Assembly (NCBI GenBank): GCA_965231825.1
Contig: OZ246889.1
Span: 4,441,859 to 4,505,858, forward strand
Direction of reading: 5' to 3'
Source: Acidobacteriota bacterium
GTDB taxonomy: Bacteria; Acidobacteriota; UBA6911; RPQK01; JAJDTT01
DNA length: 64,000 nt
The notes below the pieces were generated by a model. That model saw only the letters and a list, made by a program, of their open reading frames with translations, made no database searches and was not told the DNA's origin. How positions within the stretch are numbered: the first letter of the stretch is position 1; each line of letters starts with the position of its first letter. This document shows, piece after piece, positions 53,450 to 63,576 of the stretch. A program made the position numbers and the translations under genes.

Positions 53450-55996
53450 TCAATGGTTATACGCAAACTCCCTGGAAGTGAGCAACGCCCAGGTCAGATC
53501 GACGAACGCCTGCTTCCGATCCGGCATCTTGATATTCGCCAGCACCGCTTCCAACTGGTCTTTTTCCTCACCCGTGGGCAGGCGGGACAATGAAGCAAGA
53601 TAGAGATGTTCGATGATGTCCCCTTGCGGCGTCTCCTCTTGGACCAACCGGCTGATTCGTCCGTCCTCCCGGGTCAGTTTTTCCGTGTAGGTTTTCCCGG
53701 CATAGAGGTGCAGGGCCTGGGAGACGCTGGGACCCGCGTCCCGCTCCGGCACCGCGTAACGCATCGGGCGGCCATAAAGGTCCAGAAAATGCGAGAAATA
53801 GCGCACCGGAGCCTTCAACTGGATGGCTCGGGTTCCCAGGGGAGGCTGCCCCTCGGGTGACTCCGGTTTCTCGTGAAAGACTTCGGGGACGCCGGCCACG
53901 TGGGAGATGGCGTCCAGGAGCACCTCCGCTTCCAGGGGCCTGGGCAAGAAATGAGAGTAATTGACCAGGTCGCCGCGGTTGTTCCGGTTCGGCCGGCTCG
54001 TCAACTGGTAGGTCCTGGACTGCACAATATTACGAATCAGGCGCTTGAGGTCGTGTCCGTTCTCCCGGAAATCGGCGGCGAGTTCCTTGAGCAGCTCCGG
54101 GTGAGTCGGCGGATTGGAGGCTTTGAAATCGTCCACCGGATCCACGATCCCCCGCCCGAAAAAGTATCCCCAGACCCGATTGACGATGGCTTCGGCAAAG
54201 TAGGGGTGAGAGGTAAGCCACTTGGCCAGCTCCCGGCGCTGGTTGGGCCTCAGCTCCTCGGGCAATGTGGTCCCGTCCAGGAATGCCGGTTGGATCACCG
54301 TCTTCTTCCGGGGATGCTTCAACGGCCCCGCCTTCCCCTTGTCTCCGTACCCTCCGGCCGGGTTGTCGAAGGCGATGTCGTAGTAGCCGATGAAGTCGAG
54401 GTTTCCGAAGAAGGCGGCCAGCCCCCAGAACTGATCCTGGGACCACGGCTCGAAAGGATGGTCGTGGCACTGGGCGCAGTCGAAGCGCCGCCCCGTATAG
54501 ACGCGAAGCTCCTCGGAGAGGATCCGCTCCGGCTGGGAGTTGTTCTCGAAGTAGTGCCGCGACGGCCGATCCCGGCCCTGAGCGTCCAGACGCTCCCGGG
54601 CCATCTGGTCGTACGGCTTGTTGGACGCGACGCTGGTTCGAATCCACTCAAAGTAGAGTTGGCTGTAGTTGGGTTCCTGCACCAACCGCAGGAGATCGGA
54701 AAAGCGGAAGGTCCAGAAATCCACGTATTCCGGCGAATCCAGAAGAATCTCGATCAGTTTGTTCCGCTTGTCAGGATCGGAGTCCTCCAGAAATTCGCGG
54801 ACCCGGTTCGGGGGCGGCAGGGTGCCGATGACGTCCAGGCAGACCCGCCTCAAGAACTCGGAGTCGTCCGAGAGCTCCGACGGGATCAGGTGAAACCGTT
54901 TCAGCTTGGCGTTGACGTGCCGATCGATGAAGTTCCACTCGGGGACGTCCGGGTAATCGACGATGGGCTCGGTGATGACGCCGATCCGAGCGTGAACCGT
55001 GTGGCCGGCGGCTCGAACCAGAACGTTGGTCTCGCCGGGCTTGACGGCGGTGACGACACCGTCGGCGTCCACCTTGGCCACGGCCCGGTTCTGGGATTCG
55101 TAACGGACCTCATCGCTGATGTCCCGGGTCCGGCCGTCGGACAACCTGGCCGTGACCACCAGACGATGGACTCCTTTCTTGTCCAGGACGATTTCCCCCG
55201 GATAGACCGCCACCTGCTCGATCCGCGGAACGGTGACGCCTCCTTCCGGCTCGAATGGAGCTCCGTTCCGGACCCAATTCACGATCGTCGCGTATTCTTG
55301 GGAGTCCGTATCGAAACGCGGTCCACCGCCGTGGGGAATGGCGAAGGTCGGTTTTTTCAATATAAGACTCTCGTCCGGCGCGCCCAGATCGATCCGCGGA
55401 ACCAGAGGTTCGCCCGCCTCTGGCGACAGCACGTGGTAGACGCCTCCCCTCACGATCCAGTCGTAATCCTCGCGCGGATTCAGAGAGTTGAGCGACAGCT
55501 TGAACCCGCCCCTTCCCTTGACGCCTCCATGACAGCCGCTGCCGTTGCAGCCGCTCTTGGTGAGAACGGGCGAGACGGCGCGTTCGAAGCTGAGAGGAGT
55601 TTCCCGTCCCGAGTCCACGACTCGAACGGCGGCTCTGAGCCGGTGGCCCTGAATTTCGGCATCGATTTCGGTCTCGCCATCGGCCACGGCGGTGACCTTG
55701 CCCGCCTCGCCGACGGTTGCCAAGCCGGAATCGCCGAGGCTGAAACGACTGGCGGAAGTCAGATCCCGCTCCAAACCGTCGGCGAACCTGCCGATCACCA
55801 GAAACCGCTGCGACGCTCCCTGCTCCCGAAGCGTGGCCGATTCGGGAAAAATCCGAGCCGACAGCAACGCCGGATCGTGACTCGGGACCGCGGGCATGGA
55901 ATGGCTTCCGTAGGCCACGGAAAGACCGAGCCAGAAGGGAGCAATAGAGGTGAGAAAGAGTCTAATCAAGGGATCCTTCTCCGTCGGGATCGCCAA
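53450..55996 (-). CDS. PSCyt1 + DUF1549 + DUF1553 domain protein
   Basis: CNGSGCHGGVKGRGGFKLS. DCAQCHDHPFEPWSQDQFWG. NRVWGYFFGRGIVDPVDDFKASNPPTHPELL. Paralog of 8555-11149. Confidence 0.85.
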   Translation of the reverse strand: MAIPTEKDPLIRLFLTSIAPFWLGLSVAYGSHSMPAVPSHDPALLSARIFPESATLREQGASQRFLVIGRFADGLERDLTSASRFSLGDSGLATVGEAGKVTAVADGETEIDAEIQGHRLRAAVRVVDSGRETPLSFERAVSPVLTKSGCNGSGCHGGVKGRGGFKLSLNSLNPREDYDWIVRGGVYHVLSPEAGEPLVPRIDLGAPDESLILKKPTFAIPHGGGPRFDTDSQEYATIVNWVRNGAPFEPEGGVTVPRIEQVAVYPGEIVLDKKGVHRLVVTARLSDGRTRDISDEVRYESQNRAVAKVDADGVVTAVKPGETNVLVRAAGHTVHARIGVITEPIVDYPDVPEWNFIDRHVNAKLKRFHLIPSELSDDSEFLRRVCLDVIGTLPPPNRVREFLEDSDPDKRNKLIEILLDSPEYVDFWTFRFSDLLRLVQEPNYSQLYFEWIRTSVASNKPYDQMARERLDAQGRDRPSRHYFENNSQPERILSEELRVYTGRRFDCAQCHDHPFEPWSQDQFWGLAAFFGNLDFIGYYDIAFDNPAGGYGDKGKAGPLKHPRKKTVIQPAFLDGTTLPEELRPNQRRELAKWLTSHPYFAEAIVNRVWGYFFGRGIVDPVDDFKASNPPTHPELLKELAADFRENGHDLKRLIRNIVQSRTYQLTSRPNRNNRGDLVNYSHFLPRPLEAEVLLDAISHVAGVPEVFHEKPESPEGQPPLGTRAIQLKAPVRYFSHFLDLYGRPMRYAVPERDAGPSVSQALHLYAGKTYTEKLTREDGRISRLVQEETPQGDIIEHLYLASLSRLPTGEEKDQLEAVLANIKMPDRKQAFVDLTWALLTSREFAYNH

Positions 55997-55999
55997 AGT

Positions 56000-57922
56000 T
56001 CAAGTTTGTGGAGGCGCCACTACCATCAAAGGAACCACGGCCACCGGAATCAGCGGCCCCGTCTTCCCGCCCACGATGGCCCGGGCCTTGACTCGCACCA
56101 TGCGAGGAAGGTTCGTGGTCGAGGCTCCATCCTCGGCCATCAGCGAAATGGAGACCTTCTGGGTCTCGGGACGGAACATGTGTTTCTCCGACTCGTCGAA
56201 GGCGGGAGGCTTTTCCGACTCCGGAACCGCCGTCGCGTAGGCATGGACACCTTCCGGAAGCTCTTCGACGACAAGGGCAACTTCCCCGTCGAAATTCTCT
56301 TCGCGGTCCACGGTCAGGGTCAGCCGGCGGGTCTGTCCCCGCACGAGGTTGAGGCGGTCCTGCTCCACCTTCAACTGCCCGACGTGGGGGATCTGGGGAC
56401 GAATCAACACGCGGTAGTTGAAGTCGGAGCCCGCGTGGGCGGTAGTCAGTTCGCGAATCTGGAGCGTGTATTCCCCTCCCCGGTCGAAGGTGTAGATCAT
56501 CTTCGATTCGAGTTCGCGAAACAGCATGACGTTGTTGCCGGTGACTCGATTGTAGATGGCGCTGAAGACCACCTCATCTTTCTGGTCCAGAACCTGCACC
56601 CAGGGAACGAAGATGGGAACCGTGTCCCCGGGGGTCTCGACTTCCACCGCCACGGCTTGGCCCGCGCTGGCCTTGAACCTGACACGGTCGGCTTTGCCGG
56701 GATGGTCGATGACTCCTTCGACAATCGCCGGCAGAGTCACCAGGGCCGGTTTCGGAGCGATTTCAGAAGATCCTCCGAGCCGATGGGTGGAGACGACGCC
56801 GAGGGCATCGGGTTCCGGGGTCGGACCGCTGGCGTCATCCACTCCGGAGGCGCCTGAGGAACCGGCCGATCCGGTCACGCCCTCCGTCGCCTTGACTCCT
56901 TCGGCCTGGAGCACGGTTCGCTTGGACAGTTCCTGGAGCCGGGCCGGAGAGACCTGGACCTGGAACCTTCGTTCGAACCATGCGAAGGGGTTGGAATGCG
57001 CCAACGGCCAGGAACTCCTGTCAGCGGAGATCCCTTCACCCTTCGCGTCGACGATTCGAAGCTGATAGACGAAATCAGGCCCGCCCCGGTCGTCGAAGCC
57101 CTTGACGGCGATCAGATAGCGTCCCGAGTCGGCGAATCGATGCTTCAGGCTCGCCCTGCGGACGGTCCCGTGCTCGGCAAACAGACCGGCTTCATGAACG
57201 ACCGGGTCGTCATTGAATGCGAGCACCCGAAGGCGGTGCGGGTCCACCCAGCTCGGTTCATGCCGATACAGATAGAGCAACATCTTGGGGATCGGCCCCT
57301 TGCCACGGGCCGGAAAAAAGACTTCGAAATAGAGTTCACGGCCCGCGTCCGCGTCGAAACTGTAATAGTCGACCTCCCCACCCAGCGACCGGCCGATCAG
57401 TCCGTTGACGGCCACGGGAACTTCCAATGGCTGCCCCTCGGTCGGGCGACCGGGTCCGGTCCGGCTCACGTCCTCGCCGATCACCGGCTCATGTTCCGAA
57501 CTCACTCGGAACGGAAGGGGGTCGGAGACGCCCCTCGAGGAAACCAACCGGAGAGAATGGCCGCCGAGTTCGGCGTTGGACGCAATCTCCACCTCCACGG
57601 TGACCCGATGGCTCAATGGGACCGACCCAATCGCATAGGGTTGATCTCCAACCTCGTCGATCTCTTCGATCTGCTTCACCCGGGCGCGGAGCGCGTCGCA
57701 GTCGGTCCAGACGGCATACGTTCCCTGGAGTGTCTGTCCCTTGATCCGGACCTCCGCGACCGCTCCCCGCTGCCCTCCCACCGGATAGATGTAGAGCGCC
57801 CGGGGGTCGCTCGGCAGAGCCTTCTTTTCGGCTTGAATCGGAGGGATAGCCAGGACTGCGCATACGAACAGAAAAACCGCAGGGAGTGTGCGGAAAACGG
57901 ATCTCTTAGATTTGGAATTCAT
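56000..57922 (-). CDS. secreted protein with tandem PPC-like domains (paralog of 11146-13056)
   Basis: Signal peptide MNSKSKRSVFRTLPAVFLFVCAVLAIPPIQA. GGEVDYYSFDADAGRELYFEVF, GKADRVRFKASAGQAVAVEVE and GSDFNYRVLIRPQIPHVG motifs. Confidence 0.55.
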   Translation of the reverse strand: MNSKSKRSVFRTLPAVFLFVCAVLAIPPIQAEKKALPSDPRALYIYPVGGQRGAVAEVRIKGQTLQGTYAVWTDCDALRARVKQIEEIDEVGDQPYAIGSVPLSHRVTVEVEIASNAELGGHSLRLVSSRGVSDPLPFRVSSEHEPVIGEDVSRTGPGRPTEGQPLEVPVAVNGLIGRSLGGEVDYYSFDADAGRELYFEVFFPARGKGPIPKMLLYLYRHEPSWVDPHRLRVLAFNDDPVVHEAGLFAEHGTVRRASLKHRFADSGRYLIAVKGFDDRGGPDFVYQLRIVDAKGEGISADRSSWPLAHSNPFAWFERRFQVQVSPARLQELSKRTVLQAEGVKATEGVTGSAGSSGASGVDDASGPTPEPDALGVVSTHRLGGSSEIAPKPALVTLPAIVEGVIDHPGKADRVRFKASAGQAVAVEVETPGDTVPIFVPWVQVLDQKDEVVFSAIYNRVTGNNVMLFRELESKMIYTFDRGGEYTLQIRELTTAHAGSDFNYRVLIRPQIPHVGQLKVEQDRLNLVRGQTRRLTLTVDREENFDGEVALVVEELPEGVHAYATAVPESEKPPAFDESEKHMFRPETQKVSISLMAEDGASTTNLPRMVRVKARAIVGGKTGPLIPVAVVPLMVVAPPQT

Positions 57923-58139
57923 CGTTTTCAACCCAGGGGATCCTTTACAGAGACTTTCAACGCCCTGATCTGTCCCTATCTTGGCGATGCAATTACTAAG
58001 GATCATAGCACAAAGCTGCGTCGATTTACTCCGCACCATCGCCAGCTGGAATGGTCCCACCCGGCCTTCGGGCAGCGCCCGTTTCGTTGCCCTGCTCCGA
58101 TATTATGGACTACCATGAGCTTTTTTTCCGGGACTACCT

Positions 58140-59291
58140 ATGGACACCCGCGATCGATTCGAAGCCGCCTACACTGGACGACCCACCGACCGGGTTCCCA
58201 TCTGTGCCTGGCTCGGCATGCCGCTCCTTCGCCAACTCACGGGGAAGGGGCCCCGAGCCATTCTGGAGGAGCTGGTGGAAAACCCCCTTGAAATGGTCCG
58301 AATCCAGGAAGAACTGGGCCTGGATCCGGTCCTGGTGACCCCGGACGAGCGCCGGTTCTCCATGCACCGGTATCCCCGGCTGATCTACAGTTGGCCGGAG
58401 GAGGCTCTGGCAACCTGGCAGGTTCGGGAAGAGGTCCAGGAGGACGGCCGGAACTTCCGCACCCATCGGTTCACGGCGACGACTCCGGAGGGACCCGTCA
58501 CCTGGAGCTACCGAATGGGTGAGGGGCAGGTGGCCGAGGTGGAGCCGGCCGTCAAGAATGAACGCGATCTGGACCTCTGCATTCGCTACCTTCCGGAGCC
58601 GGAAAGCCTGAACCAGGACAAGCTGAAGGCCATGGTGGATGCCGCCGGGGACCGGGCCTTCTTCATGCACTGCTTCATCGGTGTCTGGGGTGAGGCGTCC
58701 AACATGCGTGGCCTCGTGACCTTGGCCTGCGACCTCCTCGACCAGCCGAGATTCGTGGAGAAATTCTCCGAGTTCCTCAGGGACCGGGCCATTCGGAGGG
58801 TTCGTCATCTGGCCGCCACCGGAGTCCATTCCATCCTCTACGACCAGTCGTGGGCCGGGATCGGGTTTTCTCCCGAGCAGTTCCGGAGGTTCATGTACCC
58901 CTACGACAAGGCGGTGGTGGATGCCGCCAAGGAGGCCGGCTTTCTGGTCAGCTATCACAACTGCGGTTGCGGACAGGCGTTCATCGAGGACATGGCCGAC
59001 ACCGGGGCCCATTCCCTGGAAACTCTGACCCCCAAGACCTCCTCCGGCGACTTCGACCTGGCCGAGTCCAAGCGCCGGGTCGGGGCCCGGATCACCCTCA
59101 ACGGAGGCTTCAACGAACGAATCCTGTCGAACGGAAAGCCCGGGGAGGTCCGCGATGAGGCGAAACGGTGCATCGACGCTGCCGGCGAGGGAGGCCGTTA
59201 CGTCCTGCGGTCGACCGGGCAGATCATGGATTCGGCTCGCGGAAACATCCAGGAGTTTGCGGAGGCCGGAAGGGAGTACGGCCGGTATTGA
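58140..59291 (+). CDS. uroporphyrinogen-decarboxylase (URO-D/MtaA) family protein
   Basis: TIM-barrel URO-D-like motif order. YHNCGCGQAFIEDMADTGAHSLETL region typical of the family. 383 aa. Confidence 0.7.
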   Translation: MDTRDRFEAAYTGRPTDRVPICAWLGMPLLRQLTGKGPRAILEELVENPLEMVRIQEELGLDPVLVTPDERRFSMHRYPRLIYSWPEEALATWQVREEVQEDGRNFRTHRFTATTPEGPVTWSYRMGEGQVAEVEPAVKNERDLDLCIRYLPEPESLNQDKLKAMVDAAGDRAFFMHCFIGVWGEASNMRGLVTLACDLLDQPRFVEKFSEFLRDRAIRRVRHLAATGVHSILYDQSWAGIGFSPEQFRRFMYPYDKAVVDAAKEAGFLVSYHNCGCGQAFIEDMADTGAHSLETLTPKTSSGDFDLAESKRRVGARITLNGGFNERILSNGKPGEVRDEAKRCIDAAGEGGRYVLRSTGQIMDSARGNIQEFAEAGREYGRY

Positions 59292-59311
59292 GCCTGTCAC
59301 TTGGGAGCGGA

Positions 59312-60226
59312 TCCAATGACCCGAGGAGCCTACGGCGCAGACTCCTGGAGTCCCCTGAATTCCAAATCGCTGCCGACCTCCGTTGCACGGTCGGGGAAGG
59401 GCCGGTCTGGCACCCTGATGTGAAAAGGCTCTACTGGACCGATATCCTGTCGAGCCGGATCTACTGGTACGAACCCGCGAGCGGCAAGAGCCGGCTCTGT
59501 TATGAGGGCCGGATCGTAGGCGGGATGACGCTCCAGGCCGATGGTTCGCTGCTGCTTCTCATGGACCGGGGAACCGTCGCGGTCTGGCGGGATGGCGGGA
59601 TCGTCCGAACGCTTCTGGACCATATCCCGGCTGAAGCGGACCGGCGCTTCAACGACGTCATCGCCGATCCCGAAGGACGCGTTTTCGCCGGCGCCATGCC
59701 CTTCAAGGACCTGGATCAAAAAAGGGGACGCCTCTACCGACTGGGTCGCGACGGATCGTACGAAGTGGTGCTGGAGGGAGTGGGAATTCCCAACGGCATG
59801 GCCTTCACCTCCGACCGCCGTTCCTTCTACTTCATCGACTCCCTGGACAACGTGGTCTGGAAATTCGACTACGATCCCCGGACCGGCGCCCTCGGCCGGC
59901 GGCGGGCCGTTCTGCGATTCGACGCGGCCCGGGACGGCCACGCTGACGGCATGACCTTGGACAGCGAGGACAACCTCTGGATCGCCATGGCCATGGGCGG
60001 GAAGGTGCTGCAGTTCGGCCCCGACGGCAGCCGGAAGCGGAGCATCGAATTGCCGGCCAGGTTCACCGCCAGCGTGACCTTCGGAGGAGAAGATCTTTCG
60101 GACCTCTACGTCACGACTGGAAATCACCCGGAAGACGAAGACCTGGGACCGGCGGCCGGCGCCCTCATGGTCCTGAACCCGGGTGCCGTCGGCGTACCCG
60201 AGTTCCGATCCCGCATCGCCATCTGA
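59312..60226 (+). CDS. SMP-30/gluconolactonase/LRE-like beta-propeller protein, start unresolved
   Basis: GEGPVWHP, LYWTDI, DPEGRVFAG, NGMAFTSD and DGMTLDSEDNLWIA blades. No in-frame ATG after the URO-D stop; an out-of-frame ATG is at 59316. Confidence 0.7.
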   Translation, partial: SNDPRSLRRRLLESPEFQIAADLRCTVGEGPVWHPDVKRLYWTDILSSRIYWYEPASGKSRLCYEGRIVGGMTLQADGSLLLLMDRGTVAVWRDGGIVRTLLDHIPAEADRRFNDVIADPEGRVFAGAMPFKDLDQKRGRLYRLGRDGSYEVVLEGVGIPNGMAFTSDRRSFYFIDSLDNVVWKFDYDPRTGALGRRRAVLRFDAARDGHADGMTLDSEDNLWIAMAMGGKVLQFGPDGSRKRSIELPARFTASVTFGGEDLSDLYVTTGNHPEDEDLGPAAGALMVLNPGAVGVPEFRSRIAI

Positions 60227-60246
60227 TTTTGGAAGTCGCTCCGGAG

Positions 60247-61086
60247 TCAGGGAGTTCCTACGTATTCCGTCCCGAACCGGAACCGGCGGCGGCCGCGAAA
60301 ATCGCCGGTGTTGGGCATGATCGCCAATTGGCCTCCGTCGATGACCAGCGTCTGACCCACGATGTAGCGCGATTCCCCGGAGGCCAGAAAGACGGCCAGA
60401 CGGCCGATGTCCCCGGGCGTGCCGATAAAACCGGCGGGCAGCGTCTTCTCGGCTTCCTCCCAGTTGAAGTTCTCTCCCAGCACCTTTTCCTGATTCGGGA
60501 CCCGGACCCAACCCGGCGCGATGGCGTTAACGCGCACGCCCTTCTGGATCAACTCCAAGGAGACTTCACGAGTGAACGCCACGATGGCTCCCTTGGTGGC
60601 GGCGTAGACCGAGTGCTCGACCAGGCCCGCATAGGCATGGACCGAGGTCAGATTGATGACCGCGCCCCCCTCCTGTTCGGCCATTGCCGGTAGGACGGCC
60701 TGGGTCAGAAAAAACATGGCTTTGAAGTTGATGTCGAAGAGGGTGTCGAATTGGTGGAGCGTCGTCTCCTCGAACGGGCTGTTTGCCGTCACTCCGGAGT
60801 TGTTGACCAGGACGTCGATTCCGCCCAGAAGCTCCTCCGAGGTTGCCGCCAGACCCTGGACCGACTCCACCCGCCGGAAATCGGCGCCCACAGCGAAGGC
60901 TCGCCCCCCGGAGTTCCGGATCTCCTCCACGGCCGATCGGCAGCCGGCACTGCTGTGACAGTAATGGAGCACCACCGCGGCCCCTTCCGCTGCGAATTGC
61001 AAGGCAACGCCCCGCCCAATCCCGGTTCCCGCTCCGGTGACCAGGACACGCTTGCCCTCCATCCTCCTACTCTTCTCATTGGCCAT
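60247..61086 (-). CDS. SDR-family oxidoreductase
   Basis: RVLVTGAGTGIGRGVA. NNSGV. YAATKGAIVAF. The alternative start MEGKRVLVTG is 24 nt downstream. Confidence 0.8.
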   Translation of the reverse strand: MANEKSRRMEGKRVLVTGAGTGIGRGVALQFAAEGAAVVLHYCHSSAGCRSAVEEIRNSGGRAFAVGADFRRVESVQGLAATSEELLGGIDVLVNNSGVTANSPFEETTLHQFDTLFDINFKAMFFLTQAVLPAMAEQEGGAVINLTSVHAYAGLVEHSVYAATKGAIVAFTREVSLELIQKGVRVNAIAPGWVRVPNQEKVLGENFNWEEAEKTLPAGFIGTPGDIGRLAVFLASGESRYIVGQTLVIDGGQLAIMPNTGDFRGRRRFRFGTEYVGTP

Positions 61087-61143
61087 GATGGTCCCCCCGG
61101 TGAGGCATAATGTCCACGGATTCTAGTCCCCGGAAAGAAGGTC

Positions 61144-61944
61144 ATGCAACACGGTCGCGAGTCCATTTACAAGTCCAGCATCTCGTGGCGCGCGTCGCTC
61201 CTTGCCGTTACGGCTCTGATTGGATTGGTGGCCGGCAAGCACGTTATCGCCGCCGGTGACGATTCCATTTTCGATAAGGCCAGAACCTATACCGGATTCT
61301 TCATCGGCTCTGCTCTCGTGGGCAACGAGATCGTCGACGTCGAGGGTTTCGCGAACTGGGGCCAACCGGGATACACGCTTGGCTACGGCGACAACCGGTT
61401 CGTCGCCGGTGGGCTCATCGGCACGAAGGTCGGGATTCGCGGTGTCCGGTTCCGGATCGAAATCGACGGCACCTTCGGCGACCTGTCCGGAAAATCGAAC
61501 CGGCTCGATCCCGCAGGACTGGACGAGACGGCCGGGTCCGAGATCCACTGGATCGCCACGGGGCGGGTCGGCTTCGAGCACCCCGTCGGTGGAGCGACGG
61601 TTTTCGCCACCGCCGGCCTGGCGGCCTCCAGGATCACGAATTTCGTCACCGACATCGATTCGGGCCGGGATATTCTTCCCCATTTGGACCTGGACGATTC
61701 CTTTCGCGCCGGCACGACCGATCTGGGCCCGGTCTTCGGCGCCGGAATCGAGGCTCCGCTGGCCGGCGCCTGGAGCTTGCGCGTGGAGGGCTCCTTTCTG
61801 GACTTCGGGTGGACCACCCACACCGTCAACCACTCCGGGAACAACAGTTGCGGACCGGGAAACCCCCGGCGCCCCTGTCCCTACGACGTGCGGAATCAGT
61901 TGGGCGTCATCCGCTTCGGTCTGATTCACCGCTTCGCGCGATAG
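61144..61944 (+). CDS. outer-membrane beta-barrel protein (OmpW/OmpA-barrel-like)
   Basis: Signal peptide. Alternating hydrophobic beta-strand pattern. C-terminal ...IRFGLIHRF aromatic terminus typical of OMP barrels. Confidence 0.5.
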   Translation: MQHGRESIYKSSISWRASLLAVTALIGLVAGKHVIAAGDDSIFDKARTYTGFFIGSALVGNEIVDVEGFANWGQPGYTLGYGDNRFVAGGLIGTKVGIRGVRFRIEIDGTFGDLSGKSNRLDPAGLDETAGSEIHWIATGRVGFEHPVGGATVFATAGLAASRITNFVTDIDSGRDILPHLDLDDSFRAGTTDLGPVFGAGIEAPLAGAWSLRVEGSFLDFGWTTHTVNHSGNNSCGPGNPRRPCPYDVRNQLGVIRFGLIHRFAR

Positions 61945-62083
61945 ACGATTTCCCGAGATCCGTTTGCGGAGTCCGGGTGGGGCTTCTGCGGCCGGATCGG
62001 GTTCCGCAAATCTGGTCAGGAGCGTTCAGTACACTTCACCCGCAAGGGTTCAAGAATCACCCGATCCGCATGGAGCGTCACCA

Positions 62084-62929
62084 ATGAACAGAGCGGTTCA
62101 ATCCCAGCACTTCGTCCCACCCGCAATCCATCGGCGGTTGTCCGCAGTGCCGGTGATCTTGTTCCTTGCCCTATGGACCCAAGTGGTCCCGTCGATTGCT
62201 CAGGACCGGGGCTTCTATGTCGGCGTCACGGCCCCCCTGGATTATCTCGACGTCACCTTCGAGAAGACCGTGGACAGCACCGCCCCCAACACTCTGGTTC
62301 CAGCACCGCGGGCCGGCCAGATTCTTCAGGACCAGAGTTCGGCCAAATCCCTGACTTACGGAATCGGTTTCGTAGCCGGCTATCACCTGCCCTTTCCCGG
62401 AACCGGCTTCTTCGTGAGCGCCGAGTTCGATGTCGAGTTGCCCCGGGGCGCGGTGGACGGCCGATTGCTGGGGGTCGGATCGTCCCCGGGCCGAAATCTG
62501 CTTGGAGAGAGTTGGCCGGAGCAATGGTCGTACGAGAAAAAGAGGAGCTACGGCGTCACGTTCAAGCTGGGCGGCAGCCCCGGCCCACTGAATTTCTGGG
62601 ATCTTCGCCTCTATGGTCTTGCAGGCATGCGCCTCGTGGAAGCGGAGTTCACGACTCACTTCAACGGCTGTCTGAATCCCGTCCCCTGTTCAGCCGGCGA
62701 ATTCACTTCGGGAACGGATTCCCGAGACCAGGATTTCAAGGGCTGGGTGGTCGGCGCCGGGGTGGAAAAAATGCTCGGTCACCATATCGGGTTTCGCGCG
62801 GAGATGCGTCGACCCAAATCTGGGATTGAACAGTGGACCACGCCATTCCAGAACGTGGGAGTGACCGTCCCCGCCAGTGTGACTACCAGTGGCACCAATG
62901 TGTCGATCGGTCTGATAACTTACTTTTGA
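62084..62929 (+). CDS. outer-membrane beta-barrel protein
   Basis: Signal peptide VPVILFLALWTQVVPSIAQ. Amphipathic strands. Terminal ...SIGLITYF. Confidence 0.5.
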   Translation: MNRAVQSQHFVPPAIHRRLSAVPVILFLALWTQVVPSIAQDRGFYVGVTAPLDYLDVTFEKTVDSTAPNTLVPAPRAGQILQDQSSAKSLTYGIGFVAGYHLPFPGTGFFVSAEFDVELPRGAVDGRLLGVGSSPGRNLLGESWPEQWSYEKKRSYGVTFKLGGSPGPLNFWDLRLYGLAGMRLVEAEFTTHFNGCLNPVPCSAGEFTSGTDSRDQDFKGWVVGAGVEKMLGHHIGFRAEMRRPKSGIEQWTTPFQNVGVTVPASVTTSGTNVSIGLITYF

Positions 62930-63115
62930 GTGGTCTGGCCGGCGGCTTTCTTGCCAGCGAACGGGAGCGGCGGTTTCCAACCGCCGATCGGGGGTGAAGG
63001 GGGATCTGCCCCCCCTCTACAGTCGAGAATGAGCGATTGGAAGCTCGCCACCACCGGGCGATTAGAAATCGCCCTTCCAGTGGGCGACAGGGATGTCGCC
63101 CCTCCGGCCCCTGCC
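62930..63115. repeat. cluster of ~5 family-A hairpin repeat units in mixed orientation
   Basis: ggcggctttcttgccagc, gaacgggagcggcggtttccaaccgcc (inverted form), gggcgattagaaatcgcccttccagtg and ggcgacagggatgtcgcccctccg (forward form). Same stem/loop/CTCCC architecture as 8444-8556 and 26457-26770. Confidence 0.6.
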
Positions 63116-63129
63116 CTGGCGCAAGTGAG

Positions 63130-63495
63130 ATGTTGATCCGATCCCTTCTTGTCGTTGCCGGGAGCGTTTCGGTGGCGCTGGGAATCGTCGGCATCTTCCT
63201 CCCTCTGCTTCCTACCACCCCCTTTCTCCTGCTGGCCGCTGCCTGTTACGTCCGCAGTTCCCCCAGTCTCTACCAGTGGTTGATGACCCACCGCTGGACG
63301 GGAGAGTACATTCGCGACTATCGGGAGAAACGGGGCCTGCCGCTCCGAACCAAGATCCTGACCGTCCTGATCCTCTGGGCCACCGTGGGATGGTCGGCCT
63401 TCCGGATTTCGAATTCGTGGCTGTTGGCGCTCCTGTTCGCGGTGGCGGTAGTGATTCCCATCGTCATTTTGCGGCTCCCCACCCGCAAGCCGTGA
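63130..63495 (+). CDS. DUF454/YbaN-family inner-membrane protein
   Basis: GIVGIFLPLLPTTPFLLLAAACY hallmark of DUF454. ~120 aa. Two TM hairpins. Confidence 0.7.
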   Translation: MLIRSLLVVAGSVSVALGIVGIFLPLLPTTPFLLLAAACYVRSSPSLYQWLMTHRWTGEYIRDYREKRGLPLRTKILTVLILWATVGWSAFRISNSWLLALLFAVAVVIPIVILRLPTRKP

Positions 63496-63576
63496 CGCGT
63501 CTCCCGGACGAGCTTCCACCGCAGGGCAGCCGGCCGGATCTCTGCTATCCTTCTTGACCATGACCGAGAGGACCCC

